DNA from: Caldisericum sp.
GTDB lineage: Bacteria > Caldisericota > Caldisericia > Caldisericales > Caldisericaceae
Direction: 5' to 3'
Assembly: GCA_020692945.1 (NCBI GenBank)
Contig: JAIMJY010000001.1
Span: 1 to 64,000, forward strand
Length of the DNA stretch: 64,000 bases
Shown here one piece after another: positions 54,240 to 63,989 of this stretch. Made by a program: the position numbers and the translations under genes. The notes under the pieces are model-generated. The model was not told where the DNA came from. It worked only from the letters and a program-made list of their open reading frames with translations, and searched no databases. Position 1 is the stretch's first letter. The number at the start of each line of letters is the position of its first letter.

Positions 54240-57200
54240 TCAATCTTCGTAATAAATTGTAATTTTCTTTGTAGTATCGTCCCAACTAACCGTGCATCCA
54301 AGATTTTCAGCAACAAACCTAATGGGAAGCATGGTTCTCGAGTTAATAATTATTGGTTTGACGTCTTTATTATCTTCATCGATATTTAATTTCACTCCGT
54401 TTACTTCAGCTGCAGGATTATTAATCCACAATTTGATTGTTTTATTTATAAACAAAACCGAAACGAGTTGCTCCCTATCATTCCAACTGATAGTGCCGCC
54501 GAGCGTTTCGACGATAGCCCTTACTGGAACGATAGTTCTATTCCATCCAGCAAGTATTATCGGAGAAGTTCCCCTTCCGGGATCAATTTCTTTCTTCACT
54601 CCATTGACTTCCATTATAGGGTTACCAACTTGCATTACAATCGTTATCTTCTTCTTTCCTGAATAATAAACAGTTTTCGAAGTTGCTGTTTGTTCTCCAC
54701 TTAAAGCTTTCGCAGTAACGGTTACTTGGTTAGTGTTATAGAGCAGGCTAATTGAAGCAGAAAAGCTTCCATCGCTTTTAATTTGAACAGGGCTCCCGTT
54801 TACCGTAACGGTGCATCCTGCATTAGTCTTTCCCGTAAAGGAGAAAGTCTGAGTTGTAGAAACTGCTCCATCGATAAAACTAAGCCATAGATAAGGTCCA
54901 ATGGTAATAGTGGAGCTTTTCTTATTGTAATCCATGGATTCGTCAAGAACATTTTGAACAAGGACATTTTGAAAATCTATGGAATTGGTTGAAATATTTT
55001 TGGCTTTGAACTTGATGTTTAGTATTTGCATCATCCCGTCGACAGCCTTCCCGTTTGGTGCATAAGTTGCAACAGTAAGACCTGCTGAAGTTTCGCTGTA
55101 CGCCAGGAGATTGTCAGTTGCTCCAAGAGGAAGTTCTATGCCTGAGAGAGAAAGGGCATTTTTATTGTAAGGCAGGTCAAATGCAACTCCCTTTATATTG
55201 TTAGCGTTCTTGACAAATATTGGTACCGAAAATGTATCCGCGTTTGGAGCAAATATATCTTGAGAATAAATAGTCAAAGGAAGATTAGTAGAAACTAAAA
55301 TATTCGCATTAACTGTTTTGATAATTTTGGAATTCGAAGAAGTAACGCTGAAAATCAAGTTCCCTTTATCACCATCTTTAGCAGTTTTTGATGCGCTAAC
55401 GTTCACCTTTATTGCTCTTGTACCATTGGGGTCAATTGTAAATGTAAGAGAAGCACTTTCTAATACCTGGTAATTCCAACCCGGAGGAAGATTATTTTTA
55501 ACTGATACGGAATAGGTGTCAGAATTAGTACCCGAGTTTCCTACCGTAATTATGAAAGTATCAGAATCAGAAGGTGCAAGGACAAAAGTATCAGGATAAA
55601 TTGAGACATAGAAAGAATAGAGCTCGTTCTCAACTTCCTCGGATACCACTCTAATAATATTATGAAAACAGTCAGCTAAAAGAAAGGTATCACCCTCGGA
55701 TTCGATAGAGATTGTCTCGTAAAACGACCTTTCAGTTTGGAAAAGCAGCGCTCCGTCCTGAGAGAAAAATGATAATCTTCCATTTTCGGTATCTGCAACA
55801 ACAAGATTTCCATATTTGTCGATTGCCACATCCTCAGGAATATAAAATTGCAACGAACCTCTTCCGCCACCTTGCCCGATAGTCCTTAAAAACTTAAAGT
55901 TTGTATCATATACGTAAATTTTACTATCAGAGAGGGATGAAATAAAAAAATTCCCTTTGGAGCTTTGGGTTATCCCTGAAGGAGAGCTGCACACAGAAAA
56001 GCTTTTTATAATTTTGCCCTGCGTGTTAAATTCTACGACAGAGTCTTTATCTTCATTTGTTGCGTATAGGTTACCATCTGTTCCTTTAATAATTTTGCGA
56101 ACAAAACCGATGCTGTCACTTCTTATAACGCTTTTAAAGGCACCTGAGTTTGCAAAGACAGCAATGGCATTTTTCATTCCGACAAAAATTGACCCTTTCT
56201 TATCAGAGAAAACACTAAACGCACCGGAAAGATTATCTGCACCCATTTTAGTAATACTTTTTACAAACTTACCAGAAAGAGAAAACTCATCAAGTTCGCT
56301 TGAGTTAAAGCCTCCATTATTTATCACCCACATGTTTCCGTTTTCATCAAGCGTTACTCCTGTCGGGTTCGTAAGAATACCCTGGTTATTATGCAGGAAA
56401 TCCTTTTTAGATAAAAAAATGCCTGTGGAGGTAAAGACACTTAGTCTTGCTCCAATTGGGGAACCAAAAGGGGCATCAGAGTCGAGAGACCAATAAAAAT
56501 AACCCCCATCCATCACATAGATGCTGCCGAAACTATCGACGGCAATTCCGCAAGGGGTTAAAAAGGAACCGTCTTTTTGATTAGGATACACCGTTGCAGC
56601 AGTACCTATCGTAGTGACAAGGTTTCCCGAGGCAGAATAAATTACTACCCTTCCATTGGCACCGTTACCCTTAGAAAGTCCTCTATCAACAATGCAGATA
56701 TTGCCCTTTGAGTCAATCACAGAATCAGAGGGAAAGACAAGTTCGTTCCCGGTAAAAGAGCTCAAAAGATTGAGGTTTGTGTCAAAAATAAAAATCTTAT
56801 TTTCAAGCATACTTATTGCAATGACTGTTTTGCTTCCATCAGAGGAGAGGCCTCCAGGGAAATTTATAGGATAAGTCTTAATAATGTTCCCATTTAAATC
56901 AAGTTTGAAAATCTTACCGCCAAAATAATCTGAAACGAATATCCCATCTTTCAGGACCGTAACTCCATTAGGAGTATTCATTCCATTAGATATCGTTTTA
57001 GAAAAAAGGCCACTTTTTGAAAATACTTTGACTCCTCCTCCAAGTGCATCAGCAATGTAAAAATTGTTCGAATAATATGCTATATCAGTTGGATAAACCA
57101 ACTGTGCTAACGAGCCAAAGGTGTAACTATTTTGAAGAAGCGAGTTCAGGACGTGCACTCTTCCGTATGAGTTATCAATTACCGCAATTTTACCGTCATC

Positions 57201-57425
57201 AGTCATGCAAATACCCTGCATGGGGAATAAGTATTTAGAGTCATAATCGTTTTCGTATAAGTTCGCTTCAGTTAAGGAAATCGAACCAATGAACTCCTCC
57301 TGAGGAACTGCAATATCCTGTATGATCTTAACGCTCTTCACCGAGAAAGCTATTGAAGTCTCGACAGGTGTAAGCAAATTAAGAATAAGAACTAATCCAA
57401 TCGAAATTAGTGTTAATCTTTTCAT
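54240..57425 (-). CDS. Large secreted protein with multiple NHL-type beta-propeller repeats, Ig-like domains and two C-terminal copper-amine-oxidase N-terminal-like (cell-wall-associated) domains
   Basis: 1061 aa. Signal peptide. Recurring NHL-like motifs (GxxxGxFxxPxGIAVD). C-terminal duplicated segment (VNGVK...TMLPIRFVAENLG) typical of the CuAO-N-like domain of Firmicutes surface proteins. Confidence 0.7.
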   Translation of the reverse strand: MKRLTLISIGLVLILNLLTPVETSIAFSVKSVKIIQDIAVPQEEFIGSISLTEANLYENDYDSKYLFPMQGICMTDDGKIAVIDNSYGRVHVLNSLLQNSYTFGSLAQLVYPTDIAYYSNNFYIADALGGGVKVFSKSGLFSKTISNGMNTPNGVTVLKDGIFVSDYFGGKIFKLDLNGNIIKTYPINFPGGLSSDGSKTVIAISMLENKIFIFDTNLNLLSSFTGNELVFPSDSVIDSKGNICIVDRGLSKGNGANGRVVIYSASGNLVTTIGTAATVYPNQKDGSFLTPCGIAVDSFGSIYVMDGGYFYWSLDSDAPFGSPIGARLSVFTSTGIFLSKKDFLHNNQGILTNPTGVTLDENGNMWVINNGGFNSSELDEFSLSGKFVKSITKMGADNLSGAFSVFSDKKGSIFVGMKNAIAVFANSGAFKSVIRSDSIGFVRKIIKGTDGNLYATNEDKDSVVEFNTQGKIIKSFSVCSSPSGITQSSKGNFFISSLSDSKIYVYDTNFKFLRTIGQGGGRGSLQFYIPEDVAIDKYGNLVVADTENGRLSFFSQDGALLFQTERSFYETISIESEGDTFLLADCFHNIIRVVSEEVENELYSFYVSIYPDTFVLAPSDSDTFIITVGNSGTNSDTYSVSVKNNLPPGWNYQVLESASLTFTIDPNGTRAIKVNVSASKTAKDGDKGNLIFSVTSSNSKIIKTVNANILVSTNLPLTIYSQDIFAPNADTFSVPIFVKNANNIKGVAFDLPYNKNALSLSGIELPLGATDNLLAYSETSAGLTVATYAPNGKAVDGMMQILNIKFKAKNISTNSIDFQNVLVQNVLDESMDYNKKSSTITIGPYLWLSFIDGAVSTTQTFSFTGKTNAGCTVTVNGSPVQIKSDGSFSASISLLYNTNQVTVTAKALSGEQTATSKTVYYSGKKKITIVMQVGNPIMEVNGVKKEIDPGRGTSPIILAGWNRTIVPVRAIVETLGGTISWNDREQLVSVLFINKTIKLWINNPAAEVNGVKLNIDEDNKDVKPIIINSRTMLPIRFVAENLGCTVSWDDTTKKITIYYED

Positions 57426-57435
57426 TTTTCACCTC

Positions 57436-60400
57436 TCACGGGTATTTCTCGCCGTAATGCTTTGCAAGCATGAAAAAATCGATGCTGCTTATAATGCCGT
57501 CAAAATTAAGGTCACAGGAGGCGTTGTATCCTGTATCACCCTTTTTTTTCAAGAAGCTTGCTTTGAGAATGTTCAAGTCAAGATTATTGATTGCGTTATC
57601 ATTGTTCAAATCAAAGAAATGTGAATAATCAGAAATATTATAATACAGTTGTGGAAGGACAAAACCTAAAAGCTGAGAACTCTGAACAGAAGAAACGCCA
57701 ACAAAACCAGACCCATTGTCCAACGCTTTCAGTTTTAATGAAGCTATCACGCTCTTGTTTGTGAATGAGCTAGTTTCGGATGTCAAAGAAATTTTAACTA
57801 CCCCGTTCTGGATATCGGAGGTAAAATTTATGTCATCTGCCAGGCTTTTCCCTTTCTGACATTCGCTGACCGCAAAGTGGTACGGGTCGAAATTGAAGTT
57901 AAAGTTAAGGCTCCCCGCCAGTTTTAAAGAATCAACGTATACGTCAAGCCAAAATTCATTTCCGTTCTTCAATAAAAGCGTAAAATTGTTTTGAGGAACA
58001 ATGTATATGGTGTTGGAAGGAGACTGTGATACAGTAAATGTACCACTTGAGGAAGAAGTAACTTCTGTTGGCAAGACAATCTTTGCACCTTCGTTAACGG
58101 TTGCTTCTATGTACTCTACTTTATAGTAATAGGTACCGTTGTCGTACTTGAAATCTTGCGATAAATCCATTAGAGAGAGGTTTGCGGAATAATCGCCAAC
58201 GTAAATAGGGGCTTGGTCAAATATTGTATCAATCAACTTGCCCGAAAAATCATAAACATCAACCTTTACCTCCTCAGCAACGTTTCCGTTAAAAGTGGAA
58301 TTGTCATCAGACATGCTTTGTCCTATGCCAACCGTAAACTGTACTACGAGGTTGTTTTGAGGAGTCAAACCGGTGCCTGATATCTTAACGTTGTTTAGTA
58401 CAGGCTGGATTGAGGCATTGGCAATGTAGACAAAAGGAATGTGTAAATTTATTGAGCTTGAGTCTTTGAGGTAAATATATCCGTAGGCCTCCGACGACTC
58501 TTTCAAAGCAGAAAAATTAGCAGTGAAAGTAGCAGTGCCGTTTACTGGCACACTAACAATAAAAGGCAGAGTAATTGAAATTTTGTCATTTGAAACCATT
58601 TGATAAGAAGTAAAGAAAGTTTTTGCATTGCTTGATAAGTTAGTCACAGTAAACGTTACTGACTTAGTTAAATCACCGTTACCAAAAATCACTGAGGATG
58701 GTTTAATGAAATAATTTGAATTGATAGCATTTAATGCATTTATTCTGCCCGCTCCTTGCATTAATGGAGAAAAAGGAAGCCCGGAGTACGGGTTGATGAG
58801 TACGTCAGAGGAATTCATCAATAAAGCCTTTGCATCATCAGGGCTGATGTTCGGCCTCCACTGCTTTAGCAAGGCAGAAACGCCTGCAACTACTGGAGAA
58901 GCCATTGAAGTGCCACTCATTACGCCAACTTTATCTGCCGGAAGCGTTGAACTAACATTCACTCCAGGAGCTACCAAATCAGGTTTGAAAAACAAATCTG
59001 AAGTTGGTCCGTCAGAGGAGAAATCAGCGATCCGTCCGAGGCCATATTTATTCTGAATGTATATACCTAAAGATAGATTCTCCTTTAGTGTTTGCCCGTC
59101 AGTGAAAGAAACAAATAGAAACGGTATGAACCCAGTTGCTTGAGGGTTACTTTCAGAAGATAGTTGTATACTGGGGATACCACTAACATTGTTATATACT
59201 ATTACTCCGATTGCTCCTGCGCTCTTAGCGTTGAGATCTTTATCACCAAAATATATCTTACCTCGTTCAATGAAGGCAATTTTACCTTTAACGTCTTTCC
59301 CTTGAAAGTCACTTGGCTCTCCAAGACCGCAGTAGACCATATCATAATTTCCATCATTAAAAAATGGAGATTCTGGAGGGTAATTAGCAAGAATTTGCTT
59401 ATTACCAGAGGTTATAACTCCTGTGATGCTATCATCGGTTGCCCCGACTCCGATAGCTTTGTCCACAGAAGCAGGGGAGGAGAGCGGAAATTCCACTGAA
59501 TCAGAGCGCGAGCCCTTATTCCCTGCAGCAGCCACAACAACTACCCCGCTGCCAACCGCATTTCTTACGGCTAAAGACTGAGGGTCGTCTCCAAAAGCCT
59601 GCCCTCCAACCGTACCAATAGATATGTTAATGATGTTACATTTATCCTTAACTGCTTGTTCGATGCCTTGAATTATTGTCGAAGTAGAGGTAGAATTATC
59701 GTTACCCGAAAATACCTTATAAGCTCTTATTTTTGCATCAGGAGCAATGCCATCGACAGAACCTGCTATTATGCCAGCCACATGTGTACCATGGCCGTCG
59801 GAATCTTTTGGATCAGCATCGTCATCTGCAAAATCATAACCTCCGATCACTTTAGAGTTTGGAAAATTGCCTCCTCCAAGCTCTTTGTCAGTGTAATCCA
59901 CACCGGTGTCGACAATACCAACTACAATGCCTTTTCCTGTGATATAGTTATTGGAAGAATCTTTCTTTTTGTTCACGACATCTGATTGTATAACTTTTGT
60001 GAGAGTAGTCCTCTCAAGATAAACTGGATTATCTTCAAAGATACCGCTAACATCTTTAAAATTGGCAATGCCTTTGATATCAGTGCCTTTGACCTTGCAA
60101 GCAACAGCATTTACGGTGTAGGAAAATGAAAATCTTGTTTCCCCACCAAGTGAAGAAACTAAATCTGAAAACTTTTCGTGGAAACTTTGGATTTGTGCTT
60201 CATAGGAGTCCGCTTCATTCCTGTTTACAAATGACAGCAGCTTATAAGCAAAGCTTTTTCTGTACTCTAAAACTGGTGGTTTGTTGAACACTACAATAAC
60301 TTGTTTAAATTCATTTGAATAAAAGTCAAATTTTCCGAAAAATTTTGCACTTATTCTTTCATAATCCACGATCTCTATCAGTGGATTTACTCTCCCGTAC

Positions 60401-60465
60401 GATGACGGAAGTGAGCTCATTAGAAATAATATGGTTAGCATTAAAGCTACAACAACCCTTTTCAT
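57436..60465 (-). CDS. Subtilisin-like (S8) serine protease with PA/fibronectin-like domains and a C-terminal dockerin-type module. The pro-region carries an in-frame dispersed-repeat unit.
   Basis: 1009 aa. Signal peptide. Catalytic triad contexts VGIVDTGVD, HGTHVAGII and GTSMASPVVAG. C-terminal duplicated calcium-binding loops DLNNDNAINNLDLNIL and DLNFDGIISSIDFFML resemble a type I dockerin. Confidence 0.85.
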   Translation of the reverse strand: MKRVVVALMLTILFLMSSLPSSYGRVNPLIEIVDYERISAKFFGKFDFYSNEFKQVIVVFNKPPVLEYRKSFAYKLLSFVNRNEADSYEAQIQSFHEKFSDLVSSLGGETRFSFSYTVNAVACKVKGTDIKGIANFKDVSGIFEDNPVYLERTTLTKVIQSDVVNKKKDSSNNYITGKGIVVGIVDTGVDYTDKELGGGNFPNSKVIGGYDFADDDADPKDSDGHGTHVAGIIAGSVDGIAPDAKIRAYKVFSGNDNSTSTSTIIQGIEQAVKDKCNIINISIGTVGGQAFGDDPQSLAVRNAVGSGVVVVAAAGNKGSRSDSVEFPLSSPASVDKAIGVGATDDSITGVITSGNKQILANYPPESPFFNDGNYDMVYCGLGEPSDFQGKDVKGKIAFIERGKIYFGDKDLNAKSAGAIGVIVYNNVSGIPSIQLSSESNPQATGFIPFLFVSFTDGQTLKENLSLGIYIQNKYGLGRIADFSSDGPTSDLFFKPDLVAPGVNVSSTLPADKVGVMSGTSMASPVVAGVSALLKQWRPNISPDDAKALLMNSSDVLINPYSGLPFSPLMQGAGRINALNAINSNYFIKPSSVIFGNGDLTKSVTFTVTNLSSNAKTFFTSYQMVSNDKISITLPFIVSVPVNGTATFTANFSALKESSEAYGYIYLKDSSSINLHIPFVYIANASIQPVLNNVKISGTGLTPQNNLVVQFTVGIGQSMSDDNSTFNGNVAEEVKVDVYDFSGKLIDTIFDQAPIYVGDYSANLSLMDLSQDFKYDNGTYYYKVEYIEATVNEGAKIVLPTEVTSSSSGTFTVSQSPSNTIYIVPQNNFTLLLKNGNEFWLDVYVDSLKLAGSLNFNFNFDPYHFAVSECQKGKSLADDINFTSDIQNGVVKISLTSETSSFTNKSVIASLKLKALDNGSGFVGVSSVQSSQLLGFVLPQLYYNISDYSHFFDLNNDNAINNLDLNILKASFLKKKGDTGYNASCDLNFDGIISSIDFFMLAKHYGEKYP
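60363..60392 (-). repeat. Dispersed-repeat unit in frame in the S8 protease, just after the signal peptide
   Basis: Reverse complement AATCCAC-TGATAGAGATC-GTGGATT, translated VNPLIEIVDYE in the same reading frame as the moeA and etfA copies. Confidence 0.7.
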
Positions 60466-60484
60466 TGCGTCCTCCTAACTTTTA

Positions 60485-60580
60485 TTCTTCTGTAACCCGA
60501 GATCATTTTCATCGGATTTATCTATGCACTTCTTTCCAGCGGATTTACTCCTCTGTATCCGCACTTCTTACCAGAGGATA
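60485..60580 (-). repeat. Two degenerate dispersed-repeat units in the divergent promoter region between the S8 protease and the HAD hydrolase genes
   Basis: Reverse complement AATCCGA-TGAAAATGATC-TCGGGTT-ACAGAAGAA and a second partial unit with the CTCCTCTGTA linker. Confidence 0.6.
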
Positions 60581-60628
60581 TATTTTACACACTATTGACT
60601 GAAATTAAAATAGTTTTATAAATAAATC

Positions 60629-61270
60629 ATGAAATTTGATTTAATTATTTTTGATTTTGACGGTACTTTATTTGACACGAAAGCGGATATTACAGCATCT
60701 ATTAACTTTGCTTTAAAGCAGTGCAATGTACCTCCTGCTTCTCCAGCGTTGGTTTGGAGGTTCACGGGAGATGGGACTCCAGCCCTTGTTAAGAGAATTT
60801 TGGGAGAAAAAAACAAGGACTTTTTCGAGATTGTTCTGAAAACGTCTTTAGATTACTATGAAGCACATTCTGCTGATTTTGCTAAACCAATTGGTGATAT
60901 AGAGTGGTTCCTTGAGCATTATAAAAATAAAACAAAGACGATTCTCTCGAACAAATATAAATCATTGATAGACAACATAATCCATAAATTTGGCTTTGAA
61001 AAATATTTCAACGCTTCCTTCGGAAGGGACAGCTTTGCAAAAAGCAAGCCCGACCCGTTACCGCTCATTGAAATAATGAGCATGTTTAGCGTAGAAAGAT
61101 ACCAAACGCTTTATATAGGAGATAGCGTTAACGACGTTCTAATTGCAAAAAACGCAGATGTTAAATGCTTTATCATTCCATCAGGAGCATCTAATGAAAT
61201 TGAGATCGAAAAATTGAAACCTGATCTCTTGTTCAGAAATTACAGAGAGCTTGAAAATATTATCGAATAG
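60629..61270 (+). CDS. HAD-superfamily hydrolase (phosphoglycolate phosphatase-like)
   Basis: 213 aa with motif I DFDGTLFDT and C-terminal GDSVNDV motif. Confidence 0.85.
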   Translation: MKFDLIIFDFDGTLFDTKADITASINFALKQCNVPPASPALVWRFTGDGTPALVKRILGEKNKDFFEIVLKTSLDYYEAHSADFAKPIGDIEWFLEHYKNKTKTILSNKYKSLIDNIIHKFGFEKYFNASFGRDSFAKSKPDPLPLIEIMSMFSVERYQTLYIGDSVNDVLIAKNADVKCFIIPSGASNEIEIEKLKPDLLFRNYRELENIIE

Positions 61271-61291
61271 ATTAAAATTAAGTAGGAGGTA

Positions 61292-61699
61292 ATGATGGCA
61301 TATTTGCTCGTAATCGTTCTTAACAAAACAGAAAAGATCAACAAAATTCTTGAACGCTTTATAGAAGCTGATGTCCGCGGTGCAACAATTATCGATTCGA
61401 TTGGTATGGGAAGGACGCTTGAACCAGAGATTGCTACTTTTTCAACGCTTCTTGAAGTATTCAATATCGGGAAAGGACGCTACCCGGAGAACAAAACAAT
61501 TTTTACTCTAATTAAAGAAGAAAAAACTTTAAGGGATGCCCAGAAAATCGTAAGAGAAGAGCTTAATGATTTTAAAGAAGCAGGGACAGGAATAATGTTC
61601 GCCGTGCCTGTTACAGATTTTGTTGGTATATCTCCTTCGCTTGAAGAAGAAGAACAAGCACTTAAGGAACACAAAAACATCGAAAAACATATAGGATAA
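61292..61699 (+). CDS. PII (GlnB)-like family protein (DUF190-like)
   Basis: 135 aa with beta-alpha-beta pattern aligning to GlnB (LLVIVLNKTEKINKILERFIEADVRGATIIDSIGMGR ... EAGTGIMFAVPV). Confidence 0.5.
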   Translation: MMAYLLVIVLNKTEKINKILERFIEADVRGATIIDSIGMGRTLEPEIATFSTLLEVFNIGKGRYPENKTIFTLIKEEKTLRDAQKIVREELNDFKEAGTGIMFAVPVTDFVGISPSLEEEEQALKEHKNIEKHIG

Positions 61700-61783
61700 T
61701 AGGTTTCCATCCTACTCATCTTCTCGTTGGATTTCAATGCGAATGTTAATTGTAAGAGCAGTGAGGCTTCATGGATTTATATC

Positions 61784-62132
61784 TGGTGGAGGCGGCGGGA
61801 GTTGAACCCGCGTCCGAGTAAGTAACCCATACCGACGACTACAGGCTTAGTCGATCATTGTTTTTCTGTCTCCGCACCCGAGCGACAGGGTTTGGACACA
61901 TATCCTGAATTATACTTTGCAACATAGGCTCAGGCAACCTACACTGCAAGACCTGCATTCCTACGTTTTGAACGTCCTACAGGTGGAGACTGCCCAAAAC
62001 GTTAGCTGCCTATGCAGCTAATGCGTAATTATAATCGGCGTTTATATTTTTTGGTGGATGTTTAAAGAGGCCAACCACCGTCCTCTGCCTGCTCCGGTAT
62101 GCTCCACTTATCCGTCGAGCCCCAGCGCCCCC
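61784..62132 (-). ncRNA. ssrA: tmRNA (transfer-messenger RNA)
   Basis: 5' GGGGGCGCUGGGGCUCGACGG and 3' tRNA-like end GGACGCGGGUUCAACUCCCGCCGCCUCCACCA on the minus strand. Internal tag reading frame ...(N)ADYNYALAA-stop. Candidate promoter TTGTAA-16-TATAAT just upstream (about 62152-62180). Confidence 0.85.
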
Positions 62133-62445
62133 GATTTGTACTGCAAAATATATTATACTACATTCAAAAATATTTACAATCTAAACAATATTTTCATATT
62201 TCCTTCAAAGTTTTTTGATATCGTTAAATAAGGTAAATCATTTAAAAATGGAGATTGCAGAAGCAGTTGCCCTGAAAATAGGAAAAAGGTTTAGCAAAAT
62301 GGCACGAAAATTACTATTCCTTTAAAAGCATCGACTGCCGCCTCAGGCTAATAAAAAAGAGCCAATATTCTTGTTGCGAATTTAAAAGAATTCTGTTATA
62401 AATATTATGCGGTCAATTGATAAAAATAGATATAAGGAGATGATT

Positions 62446-63531
62446 ATGCGCTACGGAGAATACGAAATAGCAAATTACAGCCCAGAGTTTTTCCCGGAAG
62501 TTGTTGAGATTCAAAAGTATCTGTGGCCTAAGTATACAAGCAATACGGCAGAATACTTAAAATGGAAATTTGAAAATAATCCTATTAATAGGAAATTTCT
62601 TGGCGTTGTTGCGTTAGATAAAGGCAAAGTTATAGGTTTCAATGGGCTTTTCGTGACGCGCTGGAGAGTCGGAAACAAAAACGACCAAATATTAATGCTT
62701 AGCCAAGCGGATATATCTGTGCATCCTGATCATCGAAAGAAAGGTTTGTTCACGGCGATGACAGAATATGCAGTGGAGAAATTTGAAAGCACGGAATTTA
62801 AGGCGTTTATAGGCCTGAGTATAAATACATCTTCGGGTGTAGCCTACCGGAAAATGAGTTGGCCCAAAATTACCGACAGAACAAGTGTAAGGCAAACAAG
62901 TTTATCTGGGATGTTAAACTGGAGGCTCGTGCAGAAAACAGGTAAAAGTCTGCTTAAGCTCCGCATAAATTACGGGACGTCTGGGAATATCGAAGTTTCA
63001 AACAAACCAAGGCCAGAAGATATGTATTCTGTTGTAACCCAACAAAAAATTCTTGATGATAAGATTACACTTTTTAGAGATGTAGATTTTTTTAAATGGA
63101 GATTTCAAAACGTAAGAAGGAAATACTTCTTTTACTACTGTTTGAAAAATGAGTCCATCGACGGCTATGTTGTGATAGAAACAGCTGACGACAGCACAAG
63201 CGGACACATTTTAGATTATGCAGAAGCAGAAGACGGGGCCATTAATGAAATCCTGCACTACATTGTACGAGAAAGACATTTTGATATGCTATCTGCCTGG
63301 AATTTTAGTTTGAGGGAAGATTTCGGAAGAACATTAAAAAGTCTCAGGTTCAGCACAACAAACTTACCTGCAATAATAGAAAAACTTTTTCCTCACGAGT
63401 TCCCTTTGCTTCCGGTATTTGTAAGACCAACAAAGAAATTATACAAAGAAGAAGATTGGTTTATTGAAAGCATTGATATAAGGGACATTAAAAATTGGGA
63501 AATTAAGAGAATTTGCTCTGATAACACTTGA
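62446..63531 (+). CDS. GNAT-family N-acetyltransferase-like protein with C-terminal extension. The ORF call starts at 62407; the better start is ATG 62446, preceded by AAGGAG.
   Basis: Acetyl-CoA-binding-like motif (VHPDHRKKGLFTAM). Extended -10 TGTTATAAA box at about 62390. Confidence 0.55.
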   Translation: MRYGEYEIANYSPEFFPEVVEIQKYLWPKYTSNTAEYLKWKFENNPINRKFLGVVALDKGKVIGFNGLFVTRWRVGNKNDQILMLSQADISVHPDHRKKGLFTAMTEYAVEKFESTEFKAFIGLSINTSSGVAYRKMSWPKITDRTSVRQTSLSGMLNWRLVQKTGKSLLKLRINYGTSGNIEVSNKPRPEDMYSVVTQQKILDDKITLFRDVDFFKWRFQNVRRKYFFYYCLKNESIDGYVVIETADDSTSGHILDYAEAEDGAINEILHYIVRERHFDMLSAWNFSLREDFGRTLKSLRFSTTNLPAIIEKLFPHEFPLLPVFVRPTKKLYKEEDWFIESIDIRDIKNWEIKRICSDNT

Positions 63532-63671
63532 CGGAAGATGCTTGTATAGGTTTCATTACATATCTGGTGCCAGGCACCAATCTTGCCGCAAAGAACGCAA
63601 CTCCACTTTGTTTTGTGAGTTCGGAATGGTTCTCTCTTACTTTTCCTAAAAGCCTCCTCAGGATATTTTAT

Positions 63672-63989
63672 TTAGGAGCCTTCCTTTCGTAAAGCATCCC
63701 CACCTCTCAGACGTAAGAAATAGTCGTAAATTGGAGCAATAAGCTTAAAACCGTTCATTAAATCAACAAGTAAACCCTTGCTGAATAAATTATTATCAAT
63801 GCTCCTCCTGGATACAAAGTATATATTTTTTCTTTGATACCATTCTTGCAAGTCAGCAGAAAGCGAGTTATCAATTATTCTTTTGTATCTTTCTCCGGCA
63901 ATCATAAAGGTTTTCTGCTTTTTGTACAAGGAATTTATTTCTACGAAATCACTGTCTCTTTCAATGATCTGCCTTCTCAACTTGCACAT
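63672..63989 (-). CDS. Hypothetical protein (C-terminal part only; the gene continues past the window end)
   Basis: ORF at the window edge, no family recognised. Confidence 0.3.
   Translation of the reverse strand: MCKLRRQIIERDSDFVEINSLYKKQKTFMIAGERYKRIIDNSLSADLQEWYQRKNIYFVSRRSIDNNLFSKGLLVDLMNGFKLIAPIYDYFLRLRGGDALRKEGS

Noticed and set aside
54053-54316. 87-codon minus-strand ORF between the efflux operon and the NHL-protein gene
   Set aside because: It lies across the repeat cluster and overlaps the 3' end of the NHL-protein gene. Its composition reflects translated repeat and low-complexity sequence.
61700-61784. Possible island attachment-site duplicate of the ssrA 3' end
   Set aside because: The window was scanned for a second copy of GGTTCAACTCCCGCCGCCTCCACCA or its complement. 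None was found, so no island boundary can be claimed from this window.
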